DNA of 64,000 bases from contig DATKWK010000023.1 of the NCBI GenBank assembly GCA_035529595.1, forward strand, positions 601 to 64,600. Reading direction: 5' to 3'. The first letter of the stretch is position 1. Each line of letters starts with the position of its first letter. Positions 36,014 to 45,969 of the stretch are shown here, in pieces. The notes under the pieces were generated by a model. That model had not been told where the DNA came from, did not search any database, and saw nothing but the letters and a program-made list of their open reading frames with translations. The DNA comes from Candidatus Bathyarchaeia archaeon (GTDB lineage: Bacteria; Patescibacteriota; Microgenomatia; PFEM01; JAFGMK01). Position numbers and translations under genes: made by a program.

Positions 36014-37489
36014 ATGAAGAGGTGTCTGGTAAAGGCGATCCTGGTCTTGGGCAGCAGTCTGTTTTTCTTTGTCCGCCCGGTTTTCGGATACAAAGCAGAC
36101 ATTTTACAATATTTGGGTGAAGGGCATGGTAGCGGCGGCGGTTACCATGAAAAATTAGCTCTTGATGAGTTAAGCGGTGAGGGAATCACTTATGAGACAG
36201 TCGCCTCGGATGGTGCTTCCGGATACGGTTACGCTTCTTTGTTTATTACCGACGGTAAATTAAGATATCCTGACGGACAACCGCGCTACGGGGTGGTTTT
36301 AGTCGGCGGCGGTGCTTCTTGGGAGTATACGACCGGTACGCCCGAAAGTGATTGTCTTTATAATAATCATCTCTATTGCGGTCCTGGGCTTCAGCGGCAT
36401 GATTCTTCATATACCAGCCTTTCCGGACGGACTCAATTAATTAACTATACCAATAATGGTGGTAACTATGTCGGAATTTGTGCCGGTGCTTATTATGCCA
36501 GCAGCCGTTATCGTTGTAACTGGGATAAAACATCGGATTGCGGTTTTTTAGGAATTTATCTGGGAATTTGGCCGGGGATTACCAATGCCCACGGTTGTAC
36601 TCTCGGGACTACTTTGAGACTGGATACTAGTCAGCCGATTAACGAAGGTTTCGGTTCCTCAATTCCCTGGGTAGGTTTGTATTCCGGTTGCGATTTTGCT
36701 GACTTCGGCAGTCCGGTACCGGATACCAGTTACGTGGCTTTTTTTGATGCTTACCAGAGCGGTGATTGTTATTGGGACAATTTCCAAGATAAACCGGCGG
36801 TGATGGTTTATGACAATGACGGCTTGAAAGGCCGGATTGTTGCCTCCGGTGTTCATCCGGAATATGGCGACAGTGACAGTACCCGGCCTTATTTTAAACG
36901 GCTGCTTAAATATGCATTAGCCAAAAAGCCAGCGATAAACTCCCTGGAATTAATCGGCGGTCAGGAGTATCAACCGGAAGATCCGGTCGGTGACGGCCAG
37001 TATCATTACTATTATCTGGATATTCCGGCAACGGAAGCTTATCAATTAACGGTAGAATTAAAAGACGGTTCCGGTTCAAGAGCCGGTCAAGATAATGATC
37101 TTTACCTTCGGAAAGGGGACTATCCGACTAAAGGAAATCATGATTATCACTCCGACAGCGCTGGTCCTCAGGAGACGATTAATGCCTTGCCGGCAACAAG
37201 TGGCCGTTGGTATGTGGGCGTTTACGGAGCTCATGATGACTGGCAGGGAGGCGGTTACCGGATATTGGCAAATTTGGTCCAAATTACCACTACCCCGACG
37301 CCGACGCCCGTCGTCTGCCAGCCCGCGGGCGATATTGACTGTTCCGGTAAGGTTAATAACCTGGATTTTGGCTCTTTAGCGGTTGATTGGCAGACGGCCG
37401 GGTCAGTTGCCAACCTTGACGGCTTGGGAGTGGTTGATGCGGCTGATGCGATCATTCTTCTGGGAAATTACCTGAGGAAAAGTTTGTGA
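36014..37489 (+). CDS. secreted protein with a PPC (pre-peptidase C-terminal) domain and a C-terminal dockerin
   Basis: The PPC signature is YYYLDIPATEAYQLT...DNDLYLRKGDYPT...SGRWYVGVYGAH. The dockerin reads DIDCSGKVNNLD...NLDGLGVVDAADAIILLGNY. Confidence 0.55.
   Translation: MKRCLVKAILVLGSSLFFFVRPVFGYKADILQYLGEGHGSGGGYHEKLALDELSGEGITYETVASDGASGYGYASLFITDGKLRYPDGQPRYGVVLVGGGASWEYTTGTPESDCLYNNHLYCGPGLQRHDSSYTSLSGRTQLINYTNNGGNYVGICAGAYYASSRYRCNWDKTSDCGFLGIYLGIWPGITNAHGCTLGTTLRLDTSQPINEGFGSSIPWVGLYSGCDFADFGSPVPDTSYVAFFDAYQSGDCYWDNFQDKPAVMVYDNDGLKGRIVASGVHPEYGDSDSTRPYFKRLLKYALAKKPAINSLELIGGQEYQPEDPVGDGQYHYYYLDIPATEAYQLTVELKDGSGSRAGQDNDLYLRKGDYPTKGNHDYHSDSAGPQETINALPATSGRWYVGVYGAHDDWQGGGYRILANLVQITTTPTPTPVVCQPAGDIDCSGKVNNLDFGSLAVDWQTAGSVANLDGLGVVDAADAIILLGNYLRKSL
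37301..37465 (+). repeat. ~165-bp dockerin-encoding module, near-identical to 38398..38562
   Basis: Nucleotide-level identity with only a handful of mismatches between the 3' ends of adjacent genes. Confidence 0.8.
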
Positions 37490-38586
37490 CTATTATGAGG
37501 TTAAAGATGTACAAATTAGTATTGAAGACAGTTATACTAATAACGATTTTTCTTTTATTAACAAAAGATATCGGAGCCGTTTTACCTTCCAGTATCATTC
37601 AACTTTCTCAAGACGTCGAGGAGTTGCGTTTGCAAACTGCCCCTCAGGCGTCGGTCGCTTTTTGGGCTGAATCAGTCAAAGACGGTTTTGTGGCTGAGAA
37701 TGAGTCAGAAAATTGGCCGACGGCGAGTACGATTAAATATTTTATCTTGACAGCTTTTTACCGGCAGTTTATGGACCAATGGAATAACCAGGCGCCGCTT
37801 GGCCAGTATGAGAAGGGAACAGGCGAGTCGGTAAGTGAAACTCTTAACGGTTTTACCTACCGTGATTTAGCCAGAGGAATGATGGGCTATGGCTATAGCG
37901 AGATCGGAAATTGGGCTTACAATCAGTGTGCCAATATCTGCATATATTTTTTAGGTGGACCTTCTGAATGTACGGTAAAAATTCATAGTTTAAATTCCGG
38001 ACTTGATTCGGTATCAATTGGTCGTTATATGCTGGAGGATCGACAGCCAGAAGATAATCTGAATCCCGTAGAGGATTTTGCCCTTTTATTACGCCTGCTT
38101 TTTAAGAACCAAATTCCCAATTTAACTGAAAGTGACCATGATAATATCCGTGAATGTCTTATACAGAATTATTTCCAGGAGAGATATCTAAGTTATATTA
38201 AAACCGGATCTTTAAGTTCTATACCTCCGGTCAGGAGTGAAGCCGGTTATTATCTCAAAGATGATAATGCCTTGATTTGGGCGGTAAATGTAGTTGACTT
38301 TACCGGAGACGGAGCCGGAATTGGCACCTTAGAAAACCAAATCAGTAGCTTGATTAAGCTACGTTTACTTGATGCGCCCGGCGATTCTATCTTGACGCCG
38401 ACGCCCGTCGTCTGCCAGCCCGCGGGCGATATTGACTGTTCCGGTAAGGTTAATAGCTTGGATTTTGGCTCTTTAGCGGTTGATTGGCAGACGGTCGGGT
38501 CAGTTGCCAACCTTGACGGCCTGGGAGTGGTTGATGCGGCTGATGCTATAATTCTATTTGCCAATTATAACAAGGAAGCAGACTAA
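37486..38586 (+). CDS. secreted serine-hydrolase / class-A beta-lactamase-like protein (STIK and KTG motifs) with a C-terminal dockerin
   Basis: ASTIKYF (S-x-x-K), IKTGSL (KTG), and the same dockerin as the upstream gene. Confidence 0.5.
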   Translation: MTIMRLKMYKLVLKTVILITIFLLLTKDIGAVLPSSIIQLSQDVEELRLQTAPQASVAFWAESVKDGFVAENESENWPTASTIKYFILTAFYRQFMDQWNNQAPLGQYEKGTGESVSETLNGFTYRDLARGMMGYGYSEIGNWAYNQCANICIYFLGGPSECTVKIHSLNSGLDSVSIGRYMLEDRQPEDNLNPVEDFALLLRLLFKNQIPNLTESDHDNIRECLIQNYFQERYLSYIKTGSLSSIPPVRSEAGYYLKDDNALIWAVNVVDFTGDGAGIGTLENQISSLIKLRLLDAPGDSILTPTPVVCQPAGDIDCSGKVNSLDFGSLAVDWQTVGSVANLDGLGVVDAADAIILFANYNKEAD

Positions 38587-38601
38587 TAAGTTTTTTCAAA
38601 T

Positions 38602-39759
38602 ATGGACAACGAGTTAAATTTGGGTTTAACCGAAAATTTATCTGAAGCCGGGCTGGCAAAAAAAATCGCCAAAGCGGCGGACGTCACGGCTTCCAATCGG
38701 GAACAATGGCGGAGAATAGGCGGAGACGAGATTCTTGACGAAGAAAGAAAACGCCGATTTGTTAGTTTACAGGCAGCGGCCGGTCAGGATAAACAGGCAG
38801 CGGAAAAACTGACTGCCCTTGACCGTTTAGGTAAATTCCAATCCGGATTAGGACGATTATCCGGGCGATTGACAGGGATGAGAAGCAGCCTGGTTTCTCA
38901 AGAGGCAGGTTATCCCTTAGAGCAGAAGATAGGTTATATCGAGCGATCGGCAAGAATTATTCATCAACGATTACTGCAAATCGGGGAAGTGGCGGCCAAA
39001 GTCCCGAGCTTTGCCTCTCTGGCTCACTCAGTAATTAGTTTATTAAGTTATGCTCAGAATTTATCAATGTACTCTGATCGGTTAGTAAATCAGCCTGAGA
39101 AGGTTGCCATTCTGGAAACAGCGCCAACTAGGATAACCGCCGCCGGTTTATGGATTACCCGGCTTCGCGATGAAATGCTCGGCGTCGGTATCGACCGCCT
39201 GTACTCATCATGGGAAGTTGCCAAGACTATTAAAGCTGGGCATTCGGCTATTCATTTTATCGAAGATGAATCCGTTTTCCCCTGGCTGATCGGTGACCCT
39301 CAACTTTTGCCTCTATTGGCTGGGGAATTGGAAAATAACAGCTTGAAAGCCCGGCCAAGAGATTTGAGAACTGAAATCCGGCTGGATTTTGACCCCGATG
39401 CCGAAAGCTTGATTTTCGTTTATCAGGATAATGCCGGCGGTTTGGTTGGTGATAATTTGAGGGCAGTGGCCGGACAAGGACAAAAGTTGGGATTGATTTC
39501 AGCCGAGGAATTGCAGCAAGTCGAAAGCGATGATCCGCTTAATCCCGAATTGGAAGCCAAAGTAATTAATCTGATTTTTACTCCGGGCATCAGCGGTTTT
39601 AGCCAAACCGGCCGGACCGGTACCGGTTTTGGTCTGGCTGATTTCAGACAAAGAATTCATGAGCAGGGAGGAGAAATCCGGGCAACTAATCTCCGGCAAG
39701 GTGAGAAAGTTATCGGCCTTCGTTTTGATGCTTGTTTTCCAGCTCGTTACCGAAAATAA
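38602..39759 (+). CDS. histidine-kinase-like ATPase (HATPase_c) protein without an obvious HisKA or TM region
   Basis: N box ELENNSLKA, G1 DNAGG, G2 GTGFGLA. Confidence 0.45.
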   Translation: MDNELNLGLTENLSEAGLAKKIAKAADVTASNREQWRRIGGDEILDEERKRRFVSLQAAAGQDKQAAEKLTALDRLGKFQSGLGRLSGRLTGMRSSLVSQEAGYPLEQKIGYIERSARIIHQRLLQIGEVAAKVPSFASLAHSVISLLSYAQNLSMYSDRLVNQPEKVAILETAPTRITAAGLWITRLRDEMLGVGIDRLYSSWEVAKTIKAGHSAIHFIEDESVFPWLIGDPQLLPLLAGELENNSLKARPRDLRTEIRLDFDPDAESLIFVYQDNAGGLVGDNLRAVAGQGQKLGLISAEELQQVESDDPLNPELEAKVINLIFTPGISGFSQTGRTGTGFGLADFRQRIHEQGGEIRATNLRQGEKVIGLRFDACFPARYRK

Positions 39760-39800
39760 GTTCTATTATCCGTAAGAGTCCAGATTTACTGACACACTTG

Positions 39801-39856
39801 GTCATTCTGAACTTGATTCAGGATCTATATAGATTCCGTGTCAAGCACGGAATGAC
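39801..39856. mobile_element. MITE-like palindromic element, copy C (GTCATTCTGAAC...CACGGAATGAC)
   Basis: Same termini as copies A and B, with a central GGATCTATATAGATTCC palindrome. Confidence 0.45.
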
Positions 39857-40731
39857 GGGGTTGCATCAAAGAATCTGAGTAGTTACTAACGTCCCATAGT
39901 GTTGACTTTAGCTGCCGGCACGGATTGAAGACTACCTCTTTGAGGCGGTCTGGAGGGATAACGGGGATGGCCCCCGAATGCCCGGGATCCGTGTAACCAA
40001 GGATGGAAACAAAATCCTTGAAGAGTACACTCTCGCCCGGGACGACCAGAACGATTTTCCCGACGTCTCGGGAGTTGTCTAGACTTGGAGGGGGGAGGTT
40101 ACGTAGAGTTCGTTTTCAGGTCAAGGGAGGGCGTTTTATACTACGATATCTATTAGCGCACTCGAGGCCAGAATCCGCCGTTTCTTGTCTCGCCACTAGG
40201 CGGACGGCGGATTCTGGCCCACTTTGGGAAAGGGAGAAACGGTTTTTTTTCTTGCCTCAAGCGGCAGGAAACCAAAAAACCGAAAAATCCCATTTTCCCA
40301 AGCCATCCTGAACCCTTTGTCACCACTTTTTCTTTTGTTAGACTTAGTATCTCCGTTTTTTTTAATTTATTTTTCACTTCAATAAAGACGGGGAGCTTCG
40401 AAATAGCCTATAACATTGTTTTTCTGTCGATTTTCTGCTCTACTAGATGTAGGCTTTAGAGATCCAAGAATTGGGTCTTTTGCGACCCATTTTTCTTACT
40501 CAAAGCCCCTGTCCCGCCAAAGGCGGGAGCACCTTAACAAGACAGCACGTTGTAATAAAAAAAGGCTATTAGCGCAGAAAGCTAGCACTTTGGATGATAG
40601 CCAAGGAAAAAGGTTACTGTCTAAAATGCTGGTTTTCTGCGCAAGATCGATGCAGAAAGGGGTTAGGCCAATATCCCAAAGCCAGGCTCGTAAGGTCACT
40701 GAACTGATTTCAATCTCAAGGGAGGACTGAA

Positions 40732-41343
40732 ATGAGTCGCAAATTAGTAGGATTCAGTTTATTAGTTCTGCTGGCCACGCAATTTGCGTGTTCTTTAGGT
40801 CAGCCTACCAAGACGCCGGTCTCCGTCACCCCTGAGTATGCAACTCAGACGCCGGCGCCAACGTCGACACCCCAGCCGAGGATTGAGGTTGTGGTATCTA
40901 CGCCTCCGAAGGTTCCGTTCGGACCGGCCAGCTACAGCGACCGGTATTCGGCCCTTTACCTGGAGGACAAGACTGTTCCTGACAGGACGGTAATGGTGCC
41001 AGGCCAGGTCTTTGTAAAGACCTGGAGGGTCAAAAATGTCGGTTCCGCCCCCTGGGAGGGAGACGTTTACTTAGTAAACGTCTCGGTGCAGTGTCGAGAC
41101 TACCCGGCACTGTGTGCTGGTGAGCTAACGCTCATTCCCGAGGACGCAATCTTGGTACCTATGACCGAAACGTCTTCCCTTCAGGTTACTACGACCGCCT
41201 CGGATGGGACCATTGAAATCTCGGTCGAGCTAGAGGCTCCCTTGGAGCCAGGTTTGTATTGCTCTCTCTGGACCTTTTGGGGTCCGGCTGGGAGATTTAT
41301 GGATGAGCTGTTCGTGCTCATCCAGGTCGTGGCGCCCCAATAG
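40732..41343 (+). CDS. secreted protein with an NBR1-like Ig domain (PGQVFVKTWRVKNVGSAPW); GC-rich
   Basis: N-terminal signal ending in FAC. The gene is about 58% GC in one hand-counted sample. Confidence 0.45.
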   Translation: MSRKLVGFSLLVLLATQFACSLGQPTKTPVSVTPEYATQTPAPTSTPQPRIEVVVSTPPKVPFGPASYSDRYSALYLEDKTVPDRTVMVPGQVFVKTWRVKNVGSAPWEGDVYLVNVSVQCRDYPALCAGELTLIPEDAILVPMTETSSLQVTTTASDGTIEISVELEAPLEPGLYCSLWTFWGPAGRFMDELFVLIQVVAPQ

Positions 41344-41549
41344 CCTTGTGATACCCCGCTGCTGCAAGCAGTATCCGCAGTGGCGGGGGTATCCGAAAGG
41401 AAAAAGACGAGGAGCTAGAAAAAAGCAAGATCAGCTCATTTCGAGCTGAACCCTTGATTTTCTCTTTCTTCCTCGATCTTCTGCAACGTGCTGTCTTTTT
41501 CCATTTCTTAAAGCCGATTTTCCAACTTGGAAGTGTTAAAATACATATT

Positions 41550-42686
41550 ATGGTTATTGGTATTGATGCCTCGCGGGCTTTTATAAAACAACGGACTGGC
41601 ACGGAAAATTATTCCTACCAGCTGATTAAGGCTTTAACCAAGATCGACCGCCAAAACCGCTATTTTTTGTACACCAAACCGGATTCGAAAGTTGATTTTC
41701 CGTTACCTCCGAATTTTCAGCTTAAATCGATCTCTTTTCCCCGTCTCTGGACGCAACTGGGTTTGGCTAGCCGGACATTTTTGGATCCGCTTGAGGTTTT
41801 ATTTATTCCCGCCCATACCTTGCCGCTAGTCAGGAAACCCGGTTTAAAAACAGTGGTGACGATTCACGGTTTGGAATACGAATATCTGCCGGAGTATTAC
41901 CGCTTTCCCCAGCGTTTGCTTTTGAACCGCTCGACCGAATATGCGGTCAGGCACGCCGACCGTTTGATCGCCGTTTCCCAGTGGACCAAAAAAGAGCTGG
42001 TAACTCGCTTAGCCGCCGATCCGAAAAAGATCACCGTTATCTACGAAGGAGTCGACCAAGATAAATTTCAAATATCTCGGCCAGAGGCCGATCGTCCTCC
42101 AGACGAAAAAATTAAAAACATTAAAGAAAAATATCGCATAAAAGGGGATTATGTTCTGTTTGTAGGTACCATCCAGCCCAGGAAGAATCTCGAGCGGTTG
42201 ATTGAAGCCTTTTCTTTGCTGGCGCCATCATATCCTGCTCTGGATTTGGTTCTGGCCGGTAAATTAGGTTGGTTGTATGATAAAATCCTTAAAGCGCCCC
42301 AAAAATTCAAGGTCAGGAAGAGGGTTCAATTTCTGGGCCATGTGTCGGATGGGGATTTGGCAGTTCTTTACCAAAAAGCGACAGTTTTTTGTCTTCCCAG
42401 CTTAACCGAAGGCTTTGGTCTGCCGGTGCTTGAAGCGATGGCCGCCGGTACGCCGGTCGTAGCGGCCAAGACCGGTGCCTTGCCGGAAATTGTCGGTAAA
42501 GCCGGACTCTTGATTGATCCTTTAAAGGTTAGAGAAATCGCTGGCGCAATCGGATTGATTCTGGAAAATAAAACTTTAGCTGAGGGGTTACGGGGACAGG
42601 GTTTTACCCGGGTCAAGCAGTTTTTCTGGGGAAAAACCGGCCGCCAAACCTTAAAAATTATTGCTTCCTGGAATATATTATTATAA
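41550..42686 (+). CDS. GT4-family glycosyltransferase
   Basis: EGFGLPVLEAMAAGTPVVA motif. The start is chosen at MVIGIDASRAF; the track ORF begins at 41454. Confidence 0.75.
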   Translation: MVIGIDASRAFIKQRTGTENYSYQLIKALTKIDRQNRYFLYTKPDSKVDFPLPPNFQLKSISFPRLWTQLGLASRTFLDPLEVLFIPAHTLPLVRKPGLKTVVTIHGLEYEYLPEYYRFPQRLLLNRSTEYAVRHADRLIAVSQWTKKELVTRLAADPKKITVIYEGVDQDKFQISRPEADRPPDEKIKNIKEKYRIKGDYVLFVGTIQPRKNLERLIEAFSLLAPSYPALDLVLAGKLGWLYDKILKAPQKFKVRKRVQFLGHVSDGDLAVLYQKATVFCLPSLTEGFGLPVLEAMAAGTPVVAAKTGALPEIVGKAGLLIDPLKVREIAGAIGLILENKTLAEGLRGQGFTRVKQFFWGKTGRQTLKIIASWNILL

Positions 42687-43045
42687 GTTATATTTTAATA
42701 AAAGTTGGGGGAATACAATCAGGGAAATAGTGATCTTATAGTAAGTAACGAATAAAATAAGAAAATAAGGTCTTTGAAGGGACTTTTTAACTAAATTTAG
42801 GTTTAATTAACCAGAGTAAGTATTGTTTGCAATAGAAGCGAAAAAGAAAGGTCACATTATTTAACTTGTTACCTTATAATATGTAAGCTAACCTTGATGA
42901 CTACTTTAAATGAGGTTTTATCATCATAATAACACTTTTGTTACTATAAGATGTTCATGTTTTTGAAACATAGGCGAAAAAATAAGCGTCAATTGATCGT
43001 ATTAGTCAATTTTATGAGTTTCATAGTCGGGAAAAGCTGGTATTT

Positions 43046-43861
43046 ATGGACAAAAAACATCTGAGCTTCGATAAAATTTTGGGTTTTGAGATTGTTAGCA
43101 GCTTACAGGAGAGATTGCTAGACTTTGTGCGTAGTCAAGTGAGGGAAGGCCAGCACCTGTTTATCGTTACCCTCAATCCGGAGTTTGTTATAGCCTCGAA
43201 AAATGATGCTGATTTCTTAAAAACCATCCACAAGGCCGACTTGGTTATTCCTGACGGTGTTGGCTTGGTTTGGGCCGGTGAAGTCTTAAAAGAGAGAGGT
43301 GTTTTGAGGAAAATTTTAAAGGGTTTTAGGGTTGGTATGGCTGTCTTGTCGGGAAATCATAAAAGGCAGGTGATTGCCGGGGTCGAGTTAATGGAAAGCC
43401 TTTGCCGATTGGCCGCTAAAAATGGTTGGTCGGTTTATCTTTTGGGCGCCGGGCCGGGTATTGCCCAAAAGACACTGGCGGTTTTAAAAGTTCGTTATCC
43501 CGGTCTTCGGGGCTGGGCGGCTCATGGACCAAAACTCAAAAGGCAAAACTCAAAATTTAAAACTCAAAACTGTTGGATTAAGGATATTAACCAGAAAAAA
43601 CCAAATTTTCTTTTCGTCGCTTTGGGGATGAAAAAGCAAGAGCAGTTTATCAGGCAGAATTGGTCGGTTTTGAAAGTTAACTTGGCGATAGGTGTCGGCG
43701 GTGCTTTTGACCAAATCGCGACGCCGTCACTAAAACCTCCAGGAGGCCTGCAACGGATCGGACTTGGCTGGTTATATCGTTTACTTCGTCAGCCGCGGCG
43801 TTGGCGACGACAACTTACACTTCTGAAATTTATCTGGCTGGTATTAAGAGAAGACGAGTAG
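43046..43861 (+). CDS. WecB/TagA/CpsF-family glycosyltransferase
   Basis: LFIVTLNPEFV...DLVIPDGVGLVWA, with the typical size. Confidence 0.7.
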   Translation: MDKKHLSFDKILGFEIVSSLQERLLDFVRSQVREGQHLFIVTLNPEFVIASKNDADFLKTIHKADLVIPDGVGLVWAGEVLKERGVLRKILKGFRVGMAVLSGNHKRQVIAGVELMESLCRLAAKNGWSVYLLGAGPGIAQKTLAVLKVRYPGLRGWAAHGPKLKRQNSKFKTQNCWIKDINQKKPNFLFVALGMKKQEQFIRQNWSVLKVNLAIGVGGAFDQIATPSLKPPGGLQRIGLGWLYRLLRQPRRWRRQLTLLKFIWLVLREDE

Positions 43862-44113
43862 ATATCGATCTCTAAATTATTCTAAAAGTTAATGTTTACA
43901 AGTGTAGCATATTAATATACTTTGTTCTTAAGATAACAATATATGTTAGTTAGTAGTATTATAATACTACGATATGTTAAGAAACATTTTGTTTAATAAA
44001 TATTACTTTTCGGGGTTAAGGAAAAAACAAATAAGTCTATTTTTTGGAAACACCAATTAAATTTATTGCTATATTGTTGGATTGTTTTATTAGCATATTA
44101 ACAATTAATTGGT

Positions 44114-44491
44114 TTATAACCAATCCGAGAAATATTTCTCTTTTTTCCTGAAAACTACGATTCCTAAAAGGAAGGTCAAGATGATAAATCCCGCTTGGGC
44201 AAGTAGAACCGAAGCCGGAATACCACTCTGAATTATTGGTTTTTGCAGAAGGGAAAAAATGCCGGACAGGGGATTAAGGTAAAAAACAGTTCTAAATCGT
44301 GAGGGAATTACTTTCAATGGGTAAACTACCGGGGTGGCGTAAAACCAAAGGAAAAACAAAGCCCATCACTAGCATTTGGATTAAAGGATTAAGGAAAATC
44401 CACAAAACCCCAAGATCGCATGTTTGTAGCGCGCCTTAATTTCTTTTTCGGTTAGAGCAAAGAGAAGATTGAGAAAATGGTTATTCATCAT
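44114..44491 (-). pseudogene. decayed ABC-2 (TagG/Wzm-like) exporter permease
   Basis: The N-terminus MMNNHFLNLLFALTEKEIKARYKHAILGF then frameshifts and stops. The C-terminal ORF (LWFYATPVVYPL...) matches the permease tail, and ~150 aa are missing between them. Confidence 0.5.
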
Positions 44492-44744
44492 GTGGGAATA
44501 TTATAACTTTATTTATTATTAACTAAAGTAGTTAATAATCCTAATTTAGATTTGCGGTTGATTACCAGCGGGGAAAGAGATTCGCTATTTCTGTTTCAAG
44601 TAGCCAGCGGTCAAGTTCTTTATGCTCGAAGCGAAAAAGAAAGAGTTGCTTTTGAAAAGAAAGCGATGTTTTTTTATTATGATACCCAGTATTTGAGAAA
44701 CATTTTCCAGCATCATTTGAGCCAGAGGATAAGGGAAGGCAATT

Positions 44745-45002
44745 ATGGTCGATAAAGATATGATTTATCGTTACCTCGGGAACTTAGAGGAATCGCTTAA
44801 GAGAATTGAAAATATGGATGTTACTTTCGAGATGATTTTGGGCAATGAAGACATTCAGGATCTTTTAGACAGAAGAATGCAAAAAGCAATCGAAGCTTGT
44901 TTAGATATTGCCGCTCATCTTGTAGCTTCGGAAAAATTAGGTCAGGCAAAATCAGCTAAGCTTTTAATTGCTGATTATTTTTTCTTCTCACTTCTTATTT
45001 GA
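44745..45002 (+). CDS. small helical protein, possibly a HEPN/DUF86-like fragment
   Basis: 85-aa ORF with weak similarity to HepT-type N-terminal helices. The upstream 67-aa ORF 44552..44755 is doubtful. Confidence 0.25.
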   Translation: MVDKDMIYRYLGNLEESLKRIENMDVTFEMILGNEDIQDLLDRRMQKAIEACLDIAAHLVASEKLGQAKSAKLLIADYFFFSLLI

Positions 45003-45253
45003 ATCAAAAAATTATAAAACTCCCGGATAGTATATTTATAACGGTTCTTGATTTTTTTAAAGTTAAGGCTGTCAGTAAGTTGAGTAAGGTGAGTGAATTT
45101 GTCAAAGCGAGTGAGTAATTACGACTGTCTATAGCTCGGCAACCTGGTTGGTTATAAATTAACGGTAGCACAAGAGAGGTGTTTTAGTGGTTATACGGCG
45201 GGCTCTTCAGAGCTGGCAGAACTTGGTTCTGCAGGGAATATCGACTTTTGGTT

Positions 45254-45859
45254 TTAAAGCAGCAGAAAAGAATTAAGGATTTGGTTAAATGTATTTTTGG
45301 CTTTTTCAGGTTCGATTTGAGTGGCATCATATCGGTAATAAATGATGTAAATTATTTCACCTTGCTGGTAATAAAATTGCTCAGTTGAATTTTTGCTTCT
45401 CAGACAGGAAACATAATAACCGAGATATTTTTGGCTAGTTTCTGCTTCGAAGATCAGACAGCCTTCTTGAGGATTGTCCTCAGCCAATTCCTTAGCCGAT
45501 ATTAAGTTGGAAGTTCCCGGATAATAATGTTTTCCAGTAGTGACTGAAAACCCCGAATCAGGGCCTAAATTAAAAGTGGTACGGTCGGCGATATTCTCAC
45601 TGCTTACTTCGCCCCATTCTTTCGGGTAACTGATACTGAAGTTGAATTGTTCATTTCGGTAGAAAGTTTGATCGCTTAAATCTTGTTCATCGGCGTTATT
45701 ATGTTTTGCAGATAGATTTAAAGACGGGTAAGGTTTTTGAATAGAAACTTTTTTGAAACTAGAATAAAGATACAAGATAGTAAATATCAAAATCAGACAC
45801 AGACAAGAAAAAAAAGCCAGAGCAAAATTTATTCGATTTTCTTTATTCTTACCAAGCAT
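45254..45859 (-). CDS. membrane-anchored secreted protein, a paralog of 52564..53274
   Basis: Shared blocks YP.EWG.V.SE....TTF.LGP.S.F..T.G..Y.P and a C-terminal FNSFLLL. Confidence 0.5.
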   Translation of the reverse strand: MLGKNKENRINFALAFFSCLCLILIFTILYLYSSFKKVSIQKPYPSLNLSAKHNNADEQDLSDQTFYRNEQFNFSISYPKEWGEVSSENIADRTTFNLGPDSGFSVTTGKHYYPGTSNLISAKELAEDNPQEGCLIFEAETSQKYLGYYVSCLRSKNSTEQFYYQQGEIIYIIYYRYDATQIEPEKAKNTFNQILNSFLLL

Positions 45860-45969
45860 TCTAATTAAACTTAAACTAAGTTAGCAATATTTGTCAAGCA
45901 GCACTGGCTCGAAGATACAGTCCTGAGATATCAGGTTGAAAAAAGCAAAACCACGGTCCACAAAAAATA

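Noticed and set aside
39760-40731. Candidate RNase P, tmRNA or SRP RNA in the ORF-free region
   Set aside because: I could not find the P4 GGAAAGTCCGG-type core, a tRNA-like T-arm-CCA end, or the SRP GGAAGCAG domain by eye. The region is left as an unassigned structured region.
43499-43570. AAACTCAAAA x4 short tandem repeat
   Set aside because: It lies inside the TagA-like coding sequence, where it encodes KLKRQNSKFKTQN, and has no independent feature evidence.
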